Made by a program: the position numbers and the translations under genes
Source: Eledone cirrhosa
Taxonomy: Eukaryota
Reading direction: 5' to 3'
Length of the DNA: 64,000 nt
NCBI GenBank assembly: GCA_964016885.1
Contig: OZ024742.1
Location: 205,344,001-205,408,000, forward strand
In this document: positions 47,828 to 63,600 of the stretch, piece by piece
Layout: every line of letters starts with the position of its first letter
Numbering within the stretch: position 1 is the stretch's first letter
Notes under the pieces: model-generated
What the model was told of the DNA's origin: nothing
What the model saw: the letters and a program-made list of their open reading frames with translations, nothing else
Databases searched by the model: none

Positions 47828-48172
47828 TACTCTTGGGGCCCAAATAATAGGGAGGAGGATAAGTAGGAGGGGTTGGTGGAAAATCGATAATTTTTCTAAG
47901 TTGTCTTCATTGATTTTTAAAAAATCAGAATTAGTCGTTTGGTTTACATATTGAAACCACAACCCATCCTATTTTTTTTTTATAACGTATGAGATTTCTA
48001 GAAATGTACTTTTTGGTTATGTATAAATGTTTTTAATGTATAAAGAAACATATTACCGGAGATAGATTCGCATAATTTAATGACCGGGGTGGGGTTAGAA
48101 TAAGAGGAGGAGGGGGTATCTGAAAAATTAATAAGCGGTGGGGGGGAAGAGCATTATTTAGACCCGAGAGTA
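47828..48172. mobile_element. MITE with TA-flanked TIRs
   Basis: tactcttggggcccaaataat / attatttagacccgagagta. Confidence 0.7.
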
Positions 48173-48958
48173 TGTGCTTTTTAGCACATGGCTTCGTGGT
48201 GAAGGTATTCGGCTCATGATATGATCGTGATTTCCATTTCTGGCAGCGTGTTGTGCCCTTGAGCAAGAAACATTATTTTATAAAATAAAGTACCAGTAAT
48301 GCACTGGGTAATTGCTAAAGTAGAAACAATTATTTTATGTTGCTCCAGTCTATTCATTAGGCAAAAATAAATTATACCTGTAATTAAAAAGACAACTTTG
48401 TCACACACTATGTCATGCTGAATCTTCCTGAGAACTACATTAAAGGTACATGTATCTGTGGAATGCTCAGCCACTTGCACGTTAATTTCACGTTGGTACC
48501 TACGGAAGCCCAACATTCATACGCATTCATACATATTCATGTGTGTATTTATGTCCATTCATAGGTACATACGTACATATATGTACGTAGGTTCGTACGT
48601 ATACGTACGTAGGTACGTACGTACATATATATACGTGGGTATGTGTGTAAGAAGATTGGTGGTGGTGGTGAAGAAAAGGCTGTATCACCATCGTATGTAT
48701 CATCATTATGTCATAACTGCAACTATGTCAAACAAAGATAATAACCACCCTTCCCTCCACACACAAAAATGGTTGATTTGTAAGTGGATGTTGGTTTGTT
48801 AAAGGTCAGATATTGTAAAGTGACCAGCTTAAAGGGTTTGTTAAAAACACTACAAGAGCTTCTCAAAGCTTTGAACTTATAACTGACATACACAGTTCCA
48901 TTGTGTAAGTAGACTGGAAGGATTGGGGTGGGAGAGAGTGAGAGAGGCAAGTATATAT

Positions 48959-49052
<94 letters not shown>

Positions 49053-49189
49053 AGCAGAATGCGTAAGATAGATAGACAGGTTTTGTAAGAAAGGTGAAGA
49101 AGAGAATAATTGATTCAGTAGGAAGGAAGGAAAAAAGAAAGAATGGAAGAAAAATGGCTAAAGGAGGAAAAGAAGAAGTTTAAAAGGTA

Positions 49190-49530
49190 TGATGGTGGCG
49201 TATGTTTAGGTATAGGTGCAGGTAAATAGGTGTGGTGGTGGGAATATCTAAGTATTGGTGGAGACGGGAGGAGGTTAACAGGTGTGATGGTGGTGGTGGG
49301 GTTATCTAAGTACTGGTGGAGGGGGAGCTTAAGAGATGTGGTGGTGGTGGGGTTATCTAAGTATTGGTGGAGGGGAGCTTAACAGATGTGGTGGTGGTAG
49401 TGTTGGGGATATTTAGGTATTGGTGCTTAACAGGTGTGGAGGGGGTGGGAATATTTAGATATTGTTGAATGGGAAGATTAACAGGTGTGGTGAAGGTGGG
49501 GATATCTAGGTATTGTTGGAGCGGAGAAGT
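49190..49530. repeat. G-rich minisatellite, about 50-55-bp unit
   Basis: Recurring ttaacaggtgtggtggtggtggg..tatctaagtattggtggaggg. Confidence 0.85.
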
Positions 49531-50402
49531 TAAAAGGCGTGGCGGAAGCTATGTCTCGGTATTGGTTGAGGAGAGATAGTCAAAGAGAGAGGGAAGTGGG
49601 GGGAAATAAGAAGAAAAGGAAGGAGACATTGAAATGTCAGAAGATATTGAAATGACAAGAATGTGAAGATGTGAGTTTCTGAGGTGAACGAGGTTAAAAT
49701 GAATTTAAAGAGGAACTTTGAAAGTCTTCGCAATTTTTTTTATACCTACTCAGCCAAAATCAGCTCTGCTTCTATGAAACAAACCCACCCACTTCAAATG
49801 ATTCCTATTTACATTAAAAATCTTCCCATATAATTTTATATAAAAATCATATATTAGAGTACCATATTTTATGTTGTCTTAGTAACAAAATAATTAATAT
49901 TTTTAGTAAATCCTGCAAAAGTCTTTATTAATTCTTTGAAATAGTGTATTTAATAAGAAATAAGGTAACGAAAGGGTTAATGTGAATTGAAAAATATTTT
50001 GAACAGTATTTTGGGAGGTTGTGGCACAATGGTTAAGGTCGTGATTTTAATTCTTGGCAGTGTGTTGTGTCCTTGAGAAAGACACTTTATTTCATATTGC
50101 TCCAGTTCATTCAGAGAGGCCAGCCTTGTCACACACAGTGTTAAAGGTTCATGCATCTGTGGTATGCTCAGTCAATTACACGTTTGAATCTCACTGAGAG
50201 TTATCCCATGTCTGTGGAATACTCAGTCACATGTACGTTAATTTCATGACTAGACTGTTCCATTAGTCAAACAACTGGGACACTCATCGCTGGAATTGAC
50301 GGAAATCCACCAACATTAGCCTCTACAGAGTTGTTTCGCCTTACAACTAAATGTTGATCCACCCATCATTAGAACAACTCATACTTACAAGGTTGTATTA
50401 AC

Positions 50403-50859
50403 CCACTGATCCACTGATCAATTGATCTACTGATTCATTGATCCACAGATTCCCTGACCCACTGATTCCCTGATCCACCGAACCATTGATTCCCTGATCC
50501 ACTGATTCAGTTATCTACTGGTCCAGTGATTCACTGATTCACTGATCCACTGATCCACTGATCCACTGATCCTCTGACCACTGATTCACTGGTCCAGTGA
50601 TTCACTGATTCACTGATACACTGTTCCATTGATTCACTGATACCCTGATCCACTGATAAACTGGTACAGTGATTCACTGGTCCAGCGATTCACTTGTCCG
50701 GTGATTCACTGATACACTGTTCTACTGATCCATTGGTTCACTGATTCACTGGTCCACTGATCCATTAATCCACTGATCCACTGATCCACTGATACAGTGA
50801 TACACTGATTCACTTATCCACTGATTCACTGGTACGGTGATTCACTGATACACTGATCC
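50403..50859. repeat. 8-bp tandem repeat (actgatcc/actgattc)
   Basis: Visible directly. Confidence 0.93.
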
Positions 50860-51324
50860 CATATAATTTTAAAGACCAACTATGTTGTTCAAGAAGCTAT
50901 TGTGGTCATGAAGGTAAAGGAAAAATCAAAATAAATAAAATTGTTTTTCATTTGTTTAATTATTAATTTAATTCTTTCGTTACCATATCTTTTCAAATAA
51001 TTTCGAAAGTAATCAAGAATTTTTAGGGATTTAGTAATACAATTAACTTTCTCATAATTAAGGTGATGTTTGGAACATAACTTAACAATGTTCTTACATA
51101 AAATCACGATGCTAAATAAATATAAACACTTTAATATGAGCCACTTTGGACGATGAGTAACTTCAGGTATTGAAAAGGTTAAATGAGTTTGATGTGCATG
51201 CAAACTAGATTTTGAGTAATGCAATCGCTTGATACTTAAGCATGAACACAACGGACGTGACTTTTTAGTCCTGCTATAGACTTGCCTATGCCCAGCAATA
51301 CATGGGTTGTAAAAGAAAATAAAT

Positions 51325-51657
51325 TGTCATCCCTTGAATCGCAAGAATGTTTTGCAAATTTTGAAGGTGCCAGATATCGGGGCCATTTGTAGTCTATGAA
51401 TAGGGAGTTGCGCTCTTTGTCCACAAATCCAAGTCCTGTCATACTTTGGTCTAAGCGGGTTGGTATATAAACTGTAGCTCCAATAATAATGGGTATGAAG
51501 CTGAGGGTGTATCTTGGATACTGGATCTGCAAACTCCTTATCAATGGTGCGTAGATATCCTCCTCCTGTATTTTTCTAACAACGTTGACATTAAGTGGGC
51601 AGTAGATCTCTACAACAGAACATGTGTTCAATATGTGGTCCCAAACAACAATATCAA
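51325..51657 (-). mobile_element. C-terminal fragment of an RLE-type non-LTR retrotransposon
   Basis: DIVVWDHILNTCSVVEIYCP...YAPLIRSLQIQYPRYTLSFIPIIIGA, then GTFKICKTFL in another frame. Truncated by the satellite. Confidence 0.7.
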
Positions 51658-54600
51658 GCTAAATCTAAGCTAAATCTCACATAAATCTAAGTCAAATCTA
51701 ACCTAAATCTAAGATAAATCTAAGCTAAATCTAAGCCAAATCTCAGCTAAATTTAAGCTAAATCTAACCTAAATCTCACCTATATCTAAGATAAATCTCA
51801 CCTAAATCTAAGCTAAATCTAAGCTAAATCTAAGCTAAATCTAAGCTAAATCTAAGCTAAATCTGAGCTAAATCTAAGTTAAATCTAAGCTAAATTTAAT
51901 CTAAATCAACGCTAAATCTAGTCTAAATCTAAGCTAAATCTGAGCTAAATTTAAGGTAATTCTCACCTAAATCTAAGTTAAATCTAGGCTAAACCTAAGC
52001 ATAAGCTAAGCTAAATCTAAGCTAAGTCTAAGCTAAAATTCACCTAATTCTAAGTTAAATCTAATCTAAATCTAATCTAAATCTAATCTAAATCTAAGCT
52101 AAATCTAAGCTAAATCTCACCTAAATCTAAGCTAAATCTAAGCTAAATCTAAGCTAAATCTGATCTAAATCTAAGCTAAATCTAAACTAAATCTAAACTA
52201 AACCTAAGCTAAATCTAAGCTAAATCTAAGCTAAATCTCACATAACTCGAAGTCAAATCTAACCTAGATCTGAGGTAAATCTAAGCCAAATCTAAACTAA
52301 ATCTAAGCTAAATATAAGCTAAATCTTAGTAAATCTAAACTAAAGCTGAGATCAATCTCACCTAAATCTGAGCTAAATCTAAGCTAAATCTAGTCTAAAT
52401 CTAAGCTAAATGTAAGCTAATCTAAGATAAATCTAGGTTAATTCTAAGCTAAATCTCACTTAAATCTAAGCTAAATCTAAGTGAAATCTCAGCTAAATCT
52501 AAGCTGAATCTAAGCGATAACTTAGCAAAATCTAAATTAAATCTAAGCTCAATCTCAACTAAATCTAAGCTAAATCTAAGTTAATCTAAGCTAAATCTAA
52601 GCTAAACCTAAGCTAAATCTCAACTAAATCTAAGCTAAATCTAAGATAAATCAAGGCTAAATCTAACGTAAATCTAACCTAAATCTCACATGAATCGAAG
52701 TCAAATCTAAGCTACTTCTAAGCTAAATCTAAACTAAATCTAAGCTAAATCTCACCTAAATCTAAGCTAAATCTAAGCTAAATCTCAGCTAAATCTAAGC
52801 TATATCTAACTAAATCTAAGTTAAACTTCACCTAAATCTAAGCTTAACTAATCTAAATCTACGCTAAATCTAGTCTAAATCTAAGCTAAATCTGAGCTAA
52901 ATCTAAGGTAATTCTTACCTAAATCTAAGTTAAATCTAAGCTAAATCTAATCTAAATCTAAGCTAAATGTAAGCTAAATCTAAGCTAAATCTTACCTAAA
53001 TCTAAGCTAAATGTAAGCTAAATCTAAGATAAATCTAGGCTAATTCTAAGCTAAATCTAAGCTAAATTTCACCTAAATCTGAGCTAAATCTAAGCGCAAT
53101 CCCAGCTAAATCTAAGCTGAATCTAATCTAAATCTCAGCTAAATCTAAAGTAAATCTAAGCTCAATCTCAAATAATCTAAGTTAATCTAAGCTAAATCTA
53201 AGATATATCTAAGATAAATCTAAGCTAAATCTAAGCTAAATCTAACATAAATCTAAGCTAAATCTCACATAAATCTCAGTCAAATTTAAGCTAAATCTAA
53301 GCTGAATCTAAGCTAAATCTAAGTTCAATCTTAGCTAAATCTAAACTAAATCTAAGCTAAATCTCACCTAAATCTAAGCTGAATCTAAGCTAAATCTGAA
53401 ATAAATCTAAGCTATATCTACGGTAAATCTAAGTTAAACTTCACCTAAAGCTAAGCTTAATCTAATCTAAATCTACGCTAAATCTAGTCTAAATCAAAGC
53501 TAAATTTGAGCTAAATCTAAGGTAAATCTCACCTAAATCTAAGTTAAATCTAAGCTAAATCTAATCTAAATCTAAGCTAAATCTAAGATAAATCTTAGTT
53601 AAAACTAAAATAAATCTAAGCTAAATCTCACCTAAATATAAGCTAAATCTAAGCTAAATCAGAGCTAAATCTAAGGTAATTCTCACTTAAACCTAAGTTA
53701 AATATAAGCTAAATCTAATCTAAATCTAAGCTAAATGTAGGCTAAATCTAAGATAAATCTAGGCTAGTTCTAAGCTAAATCTCACCTAAATCTAAGCTAA
53801 ATCTAAGTGAAATCTCGGGTAAATCTAAGCTGAATCAAAGCGATATCTTAGCAAAATCTAAATTATATTTAAGCTCAATCTCAACTAAGTCTAAGCTAAA
53901 TCTAAGTTAATCTAAGCTAAATCTAAGCTAAACCTAAGCTAAATCTCACCTAAATCTAAGCTAAATCTAAGATAAATCAAAGCTAAATCTAACCAAAATC
54001 TAACCTAAATCTCACATAAATAGAAGGCAAATCTAAGCTAAATCTAAGCTAAATCTAAGCTAAATCTATGCTAAATCTTAGCTAAATCTAAACTAAATCT
54101 TAGCTAAATATCACCTAAATCTAAGCTAAATCTAAATTAAATCTGAACTAAATCTAAGCTATATCTAAGCTAAATCTAAGTTAAACTTCACCTAAATCTA
54201 AGCTTAATCTAATCTAAATCTACGCTAAATCTAGTCTAAATCTAAGCTAAATCTGAACAAATTCTAAGGAAAATCTTACATAAATCTAAGTTAAATCTAA
54301 GCTAAAGCTAATCAAAAGCTAAGCTAAATGTAAGCTAAATCTAAGCTAAACCGTACCTAAATCTAAGCTAAATGAAAGCTAAATCTAAGATAAATCTAAG
54401 CTAATTCTAAGCTAAATCTAAGCTAAAACTCACCTAAATTTAAGCTAAATCTAAGCGAAATCCCAGCTAAATCTAAGCTGAATCTAAGCTAAATCTTAGC
54501 TAAATCTAAAGTAAATCTAAGCTCAATCTCAAATAATCTAAGCTAAATCTAAGCTAAATCTAAGCTATATCTAAGATAAATCTAAGTTAAATCTAACATA

Positions 54601-57600
54601 AATCTAAGCTAAATCTCACAAAAATCTCAGTCAAATTTAAGCTAAATCTAAGCTGAATCTAAGTTAAATCTAAGCTAAATCTCACCTAAATCTAAGCTAA
54701 ATCTAAGCTAAATCTGAACTAAATCTAAGCTATATCTAAGCTAAATCTAAGTTAAACTTCACCTAAATCTAAGTTTAATCTACTCTACATCTACGCTAAA
54801 TTTAGTCTAAATCTAAGTTAAATCTGAGCTAAATCTAAGCTAAATCTCACTTAAATCTAAGATAAATCTAGGCTAATTCTAAGCTAAATCTCACCTAAAT
54901 CTAAGCTAAATCGAAGGTAAATCTCACTTAAATCTAAGATAAATCTAGGCTAATTCTAAGCTAAATCTCACCTAAATCTAAGCTAAATCGAAGGTAAATC
55001 TCACCAAAAATCTAAGCAAAATCAAAGTGAAATCTCGGCTAAATCTAAGCTGAATCTAAGCGAAATCTTAGCAAAATCTAAAGTTAATCTAAGCTAAATC
55101 TAAGCTAAACCTAAGCTCAATCTCACCTAAATCTAACATAAATCATAGCTAAATCTAAACAAAATCTAACCTAAATCGCACATAAATCGAAGTCAAATCT
55201 AAGCTAAATCTAAGCTAAATCTAAGCTAAATCTGAGCTAAATCTAAGCTCTATCTATGCTAAATCTAAGTTAAAATTCACCTGAATCTAAGCTTAATCTA
55301 ATCTAAATCTACGTTACATCTAGTCTAAATCTAAGCTAAATCTAAGATAAATCTAAGCTGAATCTAACATAAATCTAAGCTAAAACTCACATAAATCTCA
55401 GTCAAATTGAAGCCAAATCTCAGCTAAATCTAAGCGAAATCGAAGTCAAATCTAACCTAAATCTAAGCTAAATCCGAGCTAAATCTAAGGTAAATCTCAC
55501 CTAAATCTAAGTTAAATCTAAGCTAAATCTAATCTAAATCTAAGGTAAGTGTAAGCTAAATCTAAGCTAAACCTTACCTAAATCTAAGTTAAATCTAAAC
55601 TTAATCTAAGATAAATCTGGGCTAATTCTAAGCTAAATCTAAGCTAAATCTCATCTAAATCTAAGCTAAATCTAAGCGAAATCCCAGCTAAATCTAAGCT
55701 CAATCTCAAATAACCTAAGCTAAATCTGAGCTAATTCTAAGTTAAATCTAAGCTAAATTTAATCTAAATCAACACTAAATCTAGTCTAAATCTAGGCTTA
55801 ATCTGAGCTAAATTTAAGGTAAATCTCACCTAAATGTAAGTTAAATCTAGGCTAAACCAAAGCATAAGCTAAGCTAAATCTAATTAAGTCTAAGTTTAAA
55901 TTCACCTAAATCTCACATAAATCGAAGTCAAATCTAAACTACATCTAAGCTAAATCTAAGCTAAATCCTAGCTAAATCTAAACTAAATCTAAGCTAAATT
56001 TGAGCTAAATCTTAGCTAAATCTAAGCTAAATCTAACCTAAATCTATGCTAAATCTAGTCTAAATCTAAGCTAAATCTGAGCTAAATCCAAGGTAAATCT
56101 CACCTAAATCTAAGTTAATCTAAGCTAAATCTAAGCTAAACCTAAGCTAAATCTCACCTAAATCTAAGCTAAATCTAAGATAAATCAAAGCTAAATCTAA
56201 CCTAAATCTAACCTAAATCTCACATAAATTGAAGTCAAATCCAACCTAAATCTAAGCTAAATCTAAGTTAAATCTAAGCTAAATCTTAGCTAAATCTAAA
56301 CTAAATCTAAGCTAAATCTCACCTAAGGTTAATCTAATCTAAATCTACGCTAAATCTAGTCTAAATCTAAGCTAAATCTGAGATAAATCTAAGGTAAATC
56401 TCACCTAAATCTAAGTTAAATCTAAGCTAAATCTAATCTAAATCTAAGCTAAATGTAAGCTAAATCTAAGCTAAACTTACCTAAATCTAAGCTAAATGTA
56501 AGCTAAATCTAAGATAAATCTAGGCTAATTCTACGCTAAATCTAAGCTAAATCTCACCTAAATCTAAGCTAAATCTAAGCAAAATCCCAGCTAAATCTAA
56601 GCTGAATCTAAGCTAAATCCTAGCTAAATCTAAATCAAAATCTAAGCTCAATCTCAAATAATCTAAGTTAAATCTAAGCTAAATCTTAGCTATATCTAAG
56701 AAAAATCTAAGCTAAATCTAACATAAATCTAAGCTAAATCTGACATAAATCTCAGTCAAATTTAAGCTATATCTAAGCTGAATCTAAGCTAAATCTAAGC
56801 TAAATCTAAGATAAATCTAACCTAAATCTATGCTAAATCTAGTCTAAATCTAAGCTAAATCTGAGCTAAATCTAAGGTAAATTTCTCTTAAATCTAAGTT
56901 AAATCTAAACTAAATCTAATCTAAATTTAAGCTCAATCTCAACTAAATCTAAGCTAAATCTAAGTTAATCTAAGCTAAATCTAAGTTTATCCTAAGCTAA
57001 ATCTAACATAAATCTAAGCTAAATCTGACATAAATCTCAGTCAAATTTAAGCTATATCTAAGCTGAATCTAAGCTAAATCTAAGCTAAATCTAAGATAAA
57101 TCTAACCTAAATCTATGCTAAATCTAGTCTAAATCTAAGCTAAATATGAGCTAAATCTAAGGTAAATTTCTCTTAAATCTAAGTTAAATCTAAACTAAAT
57201 CTAATCTAAATCTAAGCTCAATCTCAACTAAATCTAAGCTAAATCTAAGTTAATCTAAGCTAAATCTAAGTTTATCCTAAGCTAAATCTAACCTAAATCT
57301 AATCTAAATCTCACATAAACCTAAGTCAAATCTAAGCTAAATCTAAGTTAAATCAAAACGAAATCTAAGCTAAATCTCACCTAAATCTAAGCTAAATCTA
57401 ACCTAAATCTAAGCTAAATCTAAACTATATCGAAGCTAAATCGAAGTTAAATTTCACCTGAATCTAAGCGTAATCTAATCGAAATCTACGCTAAATCTAG
57501 TCTAAATCTAAGCTAAATCTAAGGTAAATCTATGCCAAATCTCAGCTAAATCTAAGCTAAATCTAGCTAAATCTAAGCTAAATTTAAGATAAATCTAAGC

Positions 57601-60600
57601 TGAATCTAATCTAAATATAAGACAAATCTCAGCTAAATCTAAGCTAAATCGAAGTCAAATCTAACCTAATTCTAAGCTAAATCTGAGCCAAATCTAAGGT
57701 AAATCTCACCTAAATCTAAGTTAAATCTAAGCAAAATCTAAACTAAATCTAAGCTAAATGTAAGCTATATCTAAGCTAAACCTTACCTAATTCTAAGTTA
57801 GATCTAAGCTAAATCTCACCTAAATCTAAGTTAAATCTAAGCGAAATCCCAGCTAAATCTAAGCTGAATCTAAGCTAAATCTTAGCTAAATCTAATGTAA
57901 ATCTAAGGTCAATCTCAAATAATCTAAGCTAAATCTAAGCTAAATCTAAGCTAAATCTAAGCTAAATCTAAGATATATCTCAGCTAAATCTAACATAAAT
58001 CTAAGCTAAATCACACATAAATCTAAGTCAAATTTAAGCTAAATATGAGCTGAATCTAAGCTAAATCTAATCTAAATCTAAGCTAAATGTAAACTAAATC
58101 TAAACTAAACCATACATAAATCTAAGTTAAATGTAAGCTAAATCTAAGATAAATCTAGGCTAATTCTAAGCTAAATCTAAGCTAAATCTGAGCTAAATCT
58201 AAACTAAATCTAAGCGAAATACCAGCTAAATCTAAGCTGAATCTCAGCTAAATCTACTCTAAATTTGAGCTAAATCTAAGCTATACCTAAGCTAAATCTG
58301 AGCTAAATCTAAGCAAAACCTAAATTAAATCTCACCTAAATCTAAGCTAAATCTCACGTAAATCGAAGTCAAATCTAACCTAAATCTAAGATATAACTAA
58401 GCGAAATCTAAGCTAAACTTCACCTAAATCTCAGCTAAATCTAGGCTAAATCTAACCTAAATCTATGCTAAATCTAGTCAAAATCTAAGGTAAATCTAAG
58501 CTAAATTTAAGCTAAATCTAAGCTAAATCTGAGCTAAATTTAAGGTTAATCTCACCTAAATGTAACTTATATCTAGGCTAAACCTAATCATAATCTAAGC
58601 TAAATCTAAGCTAAGTCTAAGCTAAACTTCATCTAAGTCTAAGCTAAATCTAATCTTAATCTGACCTAAATCTAAGCTAAATTTCACCTAAATCTAAGCT
58701 AAATCTAAGCTATATCTAAGCTAAATCTAAGTTATATTTCACCTAAATCTAAGCTAAATCGAAGTCAAATCTAAGCTAAATCTAAGCTAAATCTCACATA
58801 AATCTAAGTCAAATTTAAGCTAAATCTAAGCTGAATCTAAGCTAAATCTAATCTAAATCTAATCTAAATGTAACCTATATCTAAGCTAATCCTTACCTAA
58901 ATCTAAGTTAAATGTAAGCTTAATCTAAGATAAATCTAGGATAATTCTAAGCTAAATCTAAGCTAAATCTCACCTAAATCTGAACTAAATCTAAGCGAAA
59001 TACCAGCTAAATCTAAGCTGAACCTAAGTTAAATCTCAGCTAAATCTAAAGTAAATCTAAGCTCAATCTCAAATAATCTAAGCTAAATCTAAACTAAATC
59101 TAAGCTAAATCTAAGATAGATTTAAGCTAAATCTAACATAAATATAAGCTAAATCTTACATAAATCTCAGTAAAATTTAAGCTAAATCTAAGCTGAATCT
59201 AAGCTAAATCTAAGCCAAATCTCAGCTAAATCTAAGCTAAATCTAAGTTAAATCTTAGGTAAATATAAAGTAAATCTAAGCTAAATATAACCTAAATCGA
59301 AGCTAAATATAAGCTAAATATTAGTTAAATCGGAGCTAAATGTAAGCTAAATCTAACCTAAATCTAAGCTAAACTTCACCTAAATAAAAGCTAAATATGA
59401 GCTAAATCTAATCTAAATCTACCCTAAATCTAGTCTAAATCTAAGTTAAACCCTGAGCTAAATCTAAGGTAAATCTCACCAAAATCTCACCTAAATTTCA
59501 AGTTAAATCTAGGCTAAACCTTAGCATAATCTAAGCTAAATCTAATCTAAATCTAAGCTAAATCTAAGCTAAATCTAAGCTAAATCCAAGCTAAATCTAA
59601 GCTAAATCTGACCTTAATCTAAGCTAAATCTAGGCTAAATCTGAGCTAAATCTAAGCTAAATCTAAGCTAAATCTAAGCTAAACCTAAGCTAAATCTCAC
59701 CTAAATCTAAGCTAAATCTCACATAAAATCGAAGTCAAATCTAACATAAATCTAAGCTATATCTAAGCTAAACTTCATCTAAATCTAAGCTAAATCTAGG
59801 CTAGATCTAACATAAATCTATGCTAAATCTAGTCTAAATCTAAGCTAAATCTAAACTAAATCTAAGCTTAATCTAATCTAAATCTACGCTAAATCTAGTC
59901 TAAATCTAAGTCAAATCTGAGCTAAATCTAAGGTAAATCTCACCTAAATCTAAGTTAAATCTAAGCTAAATCTAATCTAAATCTAAGGTAAATGTAAGCT
60001 AAATCTAAGCTAAACCTTACGTAAATCTAAGCTAAATCTAAATTCAATCTAAGATAAATCTAGGCTAATTTTAAGCTAAATCTAAGCTAAATCTCACCTA
60101 AATCTAAGCTAAATCTAAGCGAAATCCCAGCTAAATCTAAGCTCAATCTCAAATAATCGAAGCTAAATCTGAGCTAAATCTAAGTTAAATCTAAGCTAAA
60201 TTCAATCTAAATCAACGTTAAATCTAGTCTGAATCTAAGCTTAATCTGAGCTAAATTTAAGGTAAATCTCACGTAAATGTAAGTTAAATCTAGGCTAAAT
60301 CTAATCTAAATCTAAGTTAAATGTAAGCTTAATCTAAGATAAATCTAGGCTAATTCTAAGCTAAATCTAAGCTAAATCTCACCTAAATCTGAACTAAATC
60401 TAAGCGAAATCCCAGCTAAATCTAAGCTGAATCTAAGTTAAATCTCAGCTAAATCTAAAGTAAATCTAAGCTCAATCTCAAATAATCTAAGCTAAATCTA
60501 AACTAAATCTAAGCTAAATCTAAGATAGATCTAAGCTAAGTCTAACATAAATCTAAGCTAAATCTTACATAAATCTCAGTCAAATTTAAGCTAAATCTAA

Positions 60601-63600
60601 GCTGAATCTAAGCTAAATCTAAGCCAAATCTCAGCTAAATCTAAGCTAAATCTAAGTTAAATCTTAGGTAAATATAAAGTAAATCTAAGCTAAATATCAC
60701 CTAAATCGAAGCTAAATATAAGCTAAATATTAGCTAAATCGGAGCTAAATGTAAGCTAAATCAAAGCTAAATCTAATCTAAATCTACCCCTAAATCTAGT
60801 CTAAATCTAAGTTAAACCCTGAGCTAAATCCAAGGTAAATCTCACCAAAATCTCACCTAAATTTCAAGTTAAATCTAGGCTACACCTTAGCATAATCTAA
60901 GCTAAATCTAATCTAAATCTAATCTAAATCTAAGCTAAATCTAAGCTAAATCTGACCTTAATCTAAGCTAAATCTAGGCTAAATCCGAGCTAAATCTAAG
61001 CTAAATCTAAGCTATATCTAAGCTAAACCTAAGCTAAATCTCACCTAAATCTAAGCTAAATCTCACATAAATCGAAGTCAAATCTAACCTAAATCTAAGC
61101 TATATCTAAGCTAAATCTAAGCTAAACTTCATCTAAATCTAAGCTAAATCTAGGCTAGATCTAACATAAATCTATGCTAAATCTAGTCTAAATCTAAGCT
61201 AAATCTAAGCTAAATCTAAGCTAAATCTAAGCTTAATCTAATCTAAATCTACGCTAAATCTAGTCTAAATCTAAGCTAAAATCTAAGCTAAATCTAAGCT
61301 AAATCTAAGCTAGATCTCACCTTAATCTAAGCTAAATCTACGCTAAATCTGAGCTAAACCTAAGCTATATCTAAGCTAAATCTAAGCTAAACTTCATCTA
61401 AATCTAAGCTAAATCTAACATAAATCTATGCTAAATCTAGTCTAAATCTAAGCTAAATCTAAGCTAAATCTAAGCTTAATCTAATCTAAATCTAAGCTAA
61501 ATCTAGTCTAAATCTAAGCTAAATCTGAGCTAAATCTAAGATAAATCTAATCTAAATCTAAGGTAAATGTAAGCTAAATCTAAGCTAAACCCTACCTAAA
61601 TCTAAGCTAAATCTAAACTCAATCTAAGATAAATCTGGCTAATTCTAAGCTAAATCCCAGCTAAATCTAAGCTCAATCTCAAATAATCTAAGCTAAATCT
61701 GGGCTAAATCTAAGTTAAATCTAAGCTAAACTTCACCTAAATCTAAGCTAAATCTAATCTAAATCTAATCTAAATCTAAGCTAAATCTACTCTAAATTTG
61801 AGCTAAATCTAAGCTATACCTAAGCTAAATCTAAGCTAAATCTAAGCTAAACCTAAATGAAATCTCACCTAAATCTAAGCTAAATCTCACATAAATCGAA
61901 GTCAAATCTAACCTAAATCTAAGATATATCATAGCGAAATCTAAGCTAAACTTCACCTAAATCTAAGCTAAATCTAGGCTAAATCTAACCTAAATCTATG
62001 CTAAATCTAGTCTAAATCTAAGGTAAATCTAAGCTAAATTTAAGCTAAATCTAAGCTAAATCTGAGCTAAATTTAAGGTTAATCTCACCTAAATGTAACT
62101 TATATCTAGGCTAAACCTAATCATAATCTAAGCTAAATCTAAGCTAAGTCTAAGCTAAACTTCATCTAAGTCTAAGCTAAATCTAATCTTAATCTAACCT
62201 AAATCTAAGCTAAATTTCACCTAAATCTAAGCTAAATCTAAGCTAAATCTAAGTTATATTTCACCTAAATCTAGGCTTAATCTAATCGAAATCTACGCTA
62301 AATCTAGTCTAAATCTAAGCTAAATCTAAGGTAAATCTATGCCACATCTCAGCTAAATCTAAGCTAAATCGAAGTCAAATCTAAGCTAAATCTAAGCTAA
62401 ATCTCACATAAATCTAAGTCAAATTTAAGCTAAATCTAAGCTGAATCTAAGCTAAATCTAATCTAAATCTAATCTAAATGTAACCTATATCTAAGCTAAT
62501 CCTTACCTAAATCTAAGTTAAATGTAAGCTTAATCTAAGATAAATCTAGGCTAATTCTAAGCTAAATCTAAGCTAAATCTCACCTAAATCTGAACTAAAT
62601 CTAAGCGAAATCCCAGCTAAATCTAAGCTGAATCTAAGTTAAATATCAGCTAAATCTAAAGTAAATCTAAGCTCAATCTCAAATAATCTAAGCTAAATCT
62701 AAACTAAATCTAAGCTAAATCTAAGATAGATCTAAGCTAAATCTAACATAAATCTAAGCTAAATCTTACATAAATCTCAGTCAAATTTAAGCTAAATCTA
62801 AGCTGAATCTAAGCTAAATCTAAGCCAAATCTCAGCTAAATCTAAGCTAAATCTAAGTTAAATCTTAGGTAAATATAAAGTAAATCTAAGCTAAATATCA
62901 CCTAAATCGAAGCTAAATATAAGCTAAATATTAGCTAAATCGGAGCTAAATGTAAGCTAAATCTAGTCTAAATCTAAGTTAAACCCTGAGCTAAATCCAA
63001 GGTAAATCTCACCAAAATCTCACCTAAATTTCAAGTTAAATCTAGACTAAACCGTAGCATAATCTAAGCTAAATCTAAGCTAAATTTAAGCTAAATCTAA
63101 GCTAAATCTAAGCTCAACCTAAGCTAAATCTCACCTAAATCTAAGTTAAATCTCACTTAAATCGAAGTCAAATCTAACATAAATCTAAGCTATATCTAAG
63201 CTAAATCCTAGATAAACTTCATCTAAATCTAAGCTAGATCTAACATAAATCTATGCTAAATATAGTCTAAATCTAAGCTAAATCTAAGCTAAATCTAAGC
63301 TTAATCTAATCTAAATCTACGCTAAATCTAGTCTAAATCTAAGTCAAATCTGAGCTAAATCTAAGGTAAATCTCACCTAAATCTAAGTTAAATCTAAGCT
63401 AAATCTAATCTAAATCTAAGGTAACTGTAAGCTAAATCTAAGCTAAACCTTACGTAAATCTAAGCTAAATCTAAATTCAATCTAAGATAAATGTAGGCTA
63501 ATTTTAAGCTAAATCTAAGCTAAATCTCACCTAAATCTAAGCTAAATCTAAGCGAAATCTCAGCTAAATCTAAGCTCAATCTCAAATAATCGAAGCTAAA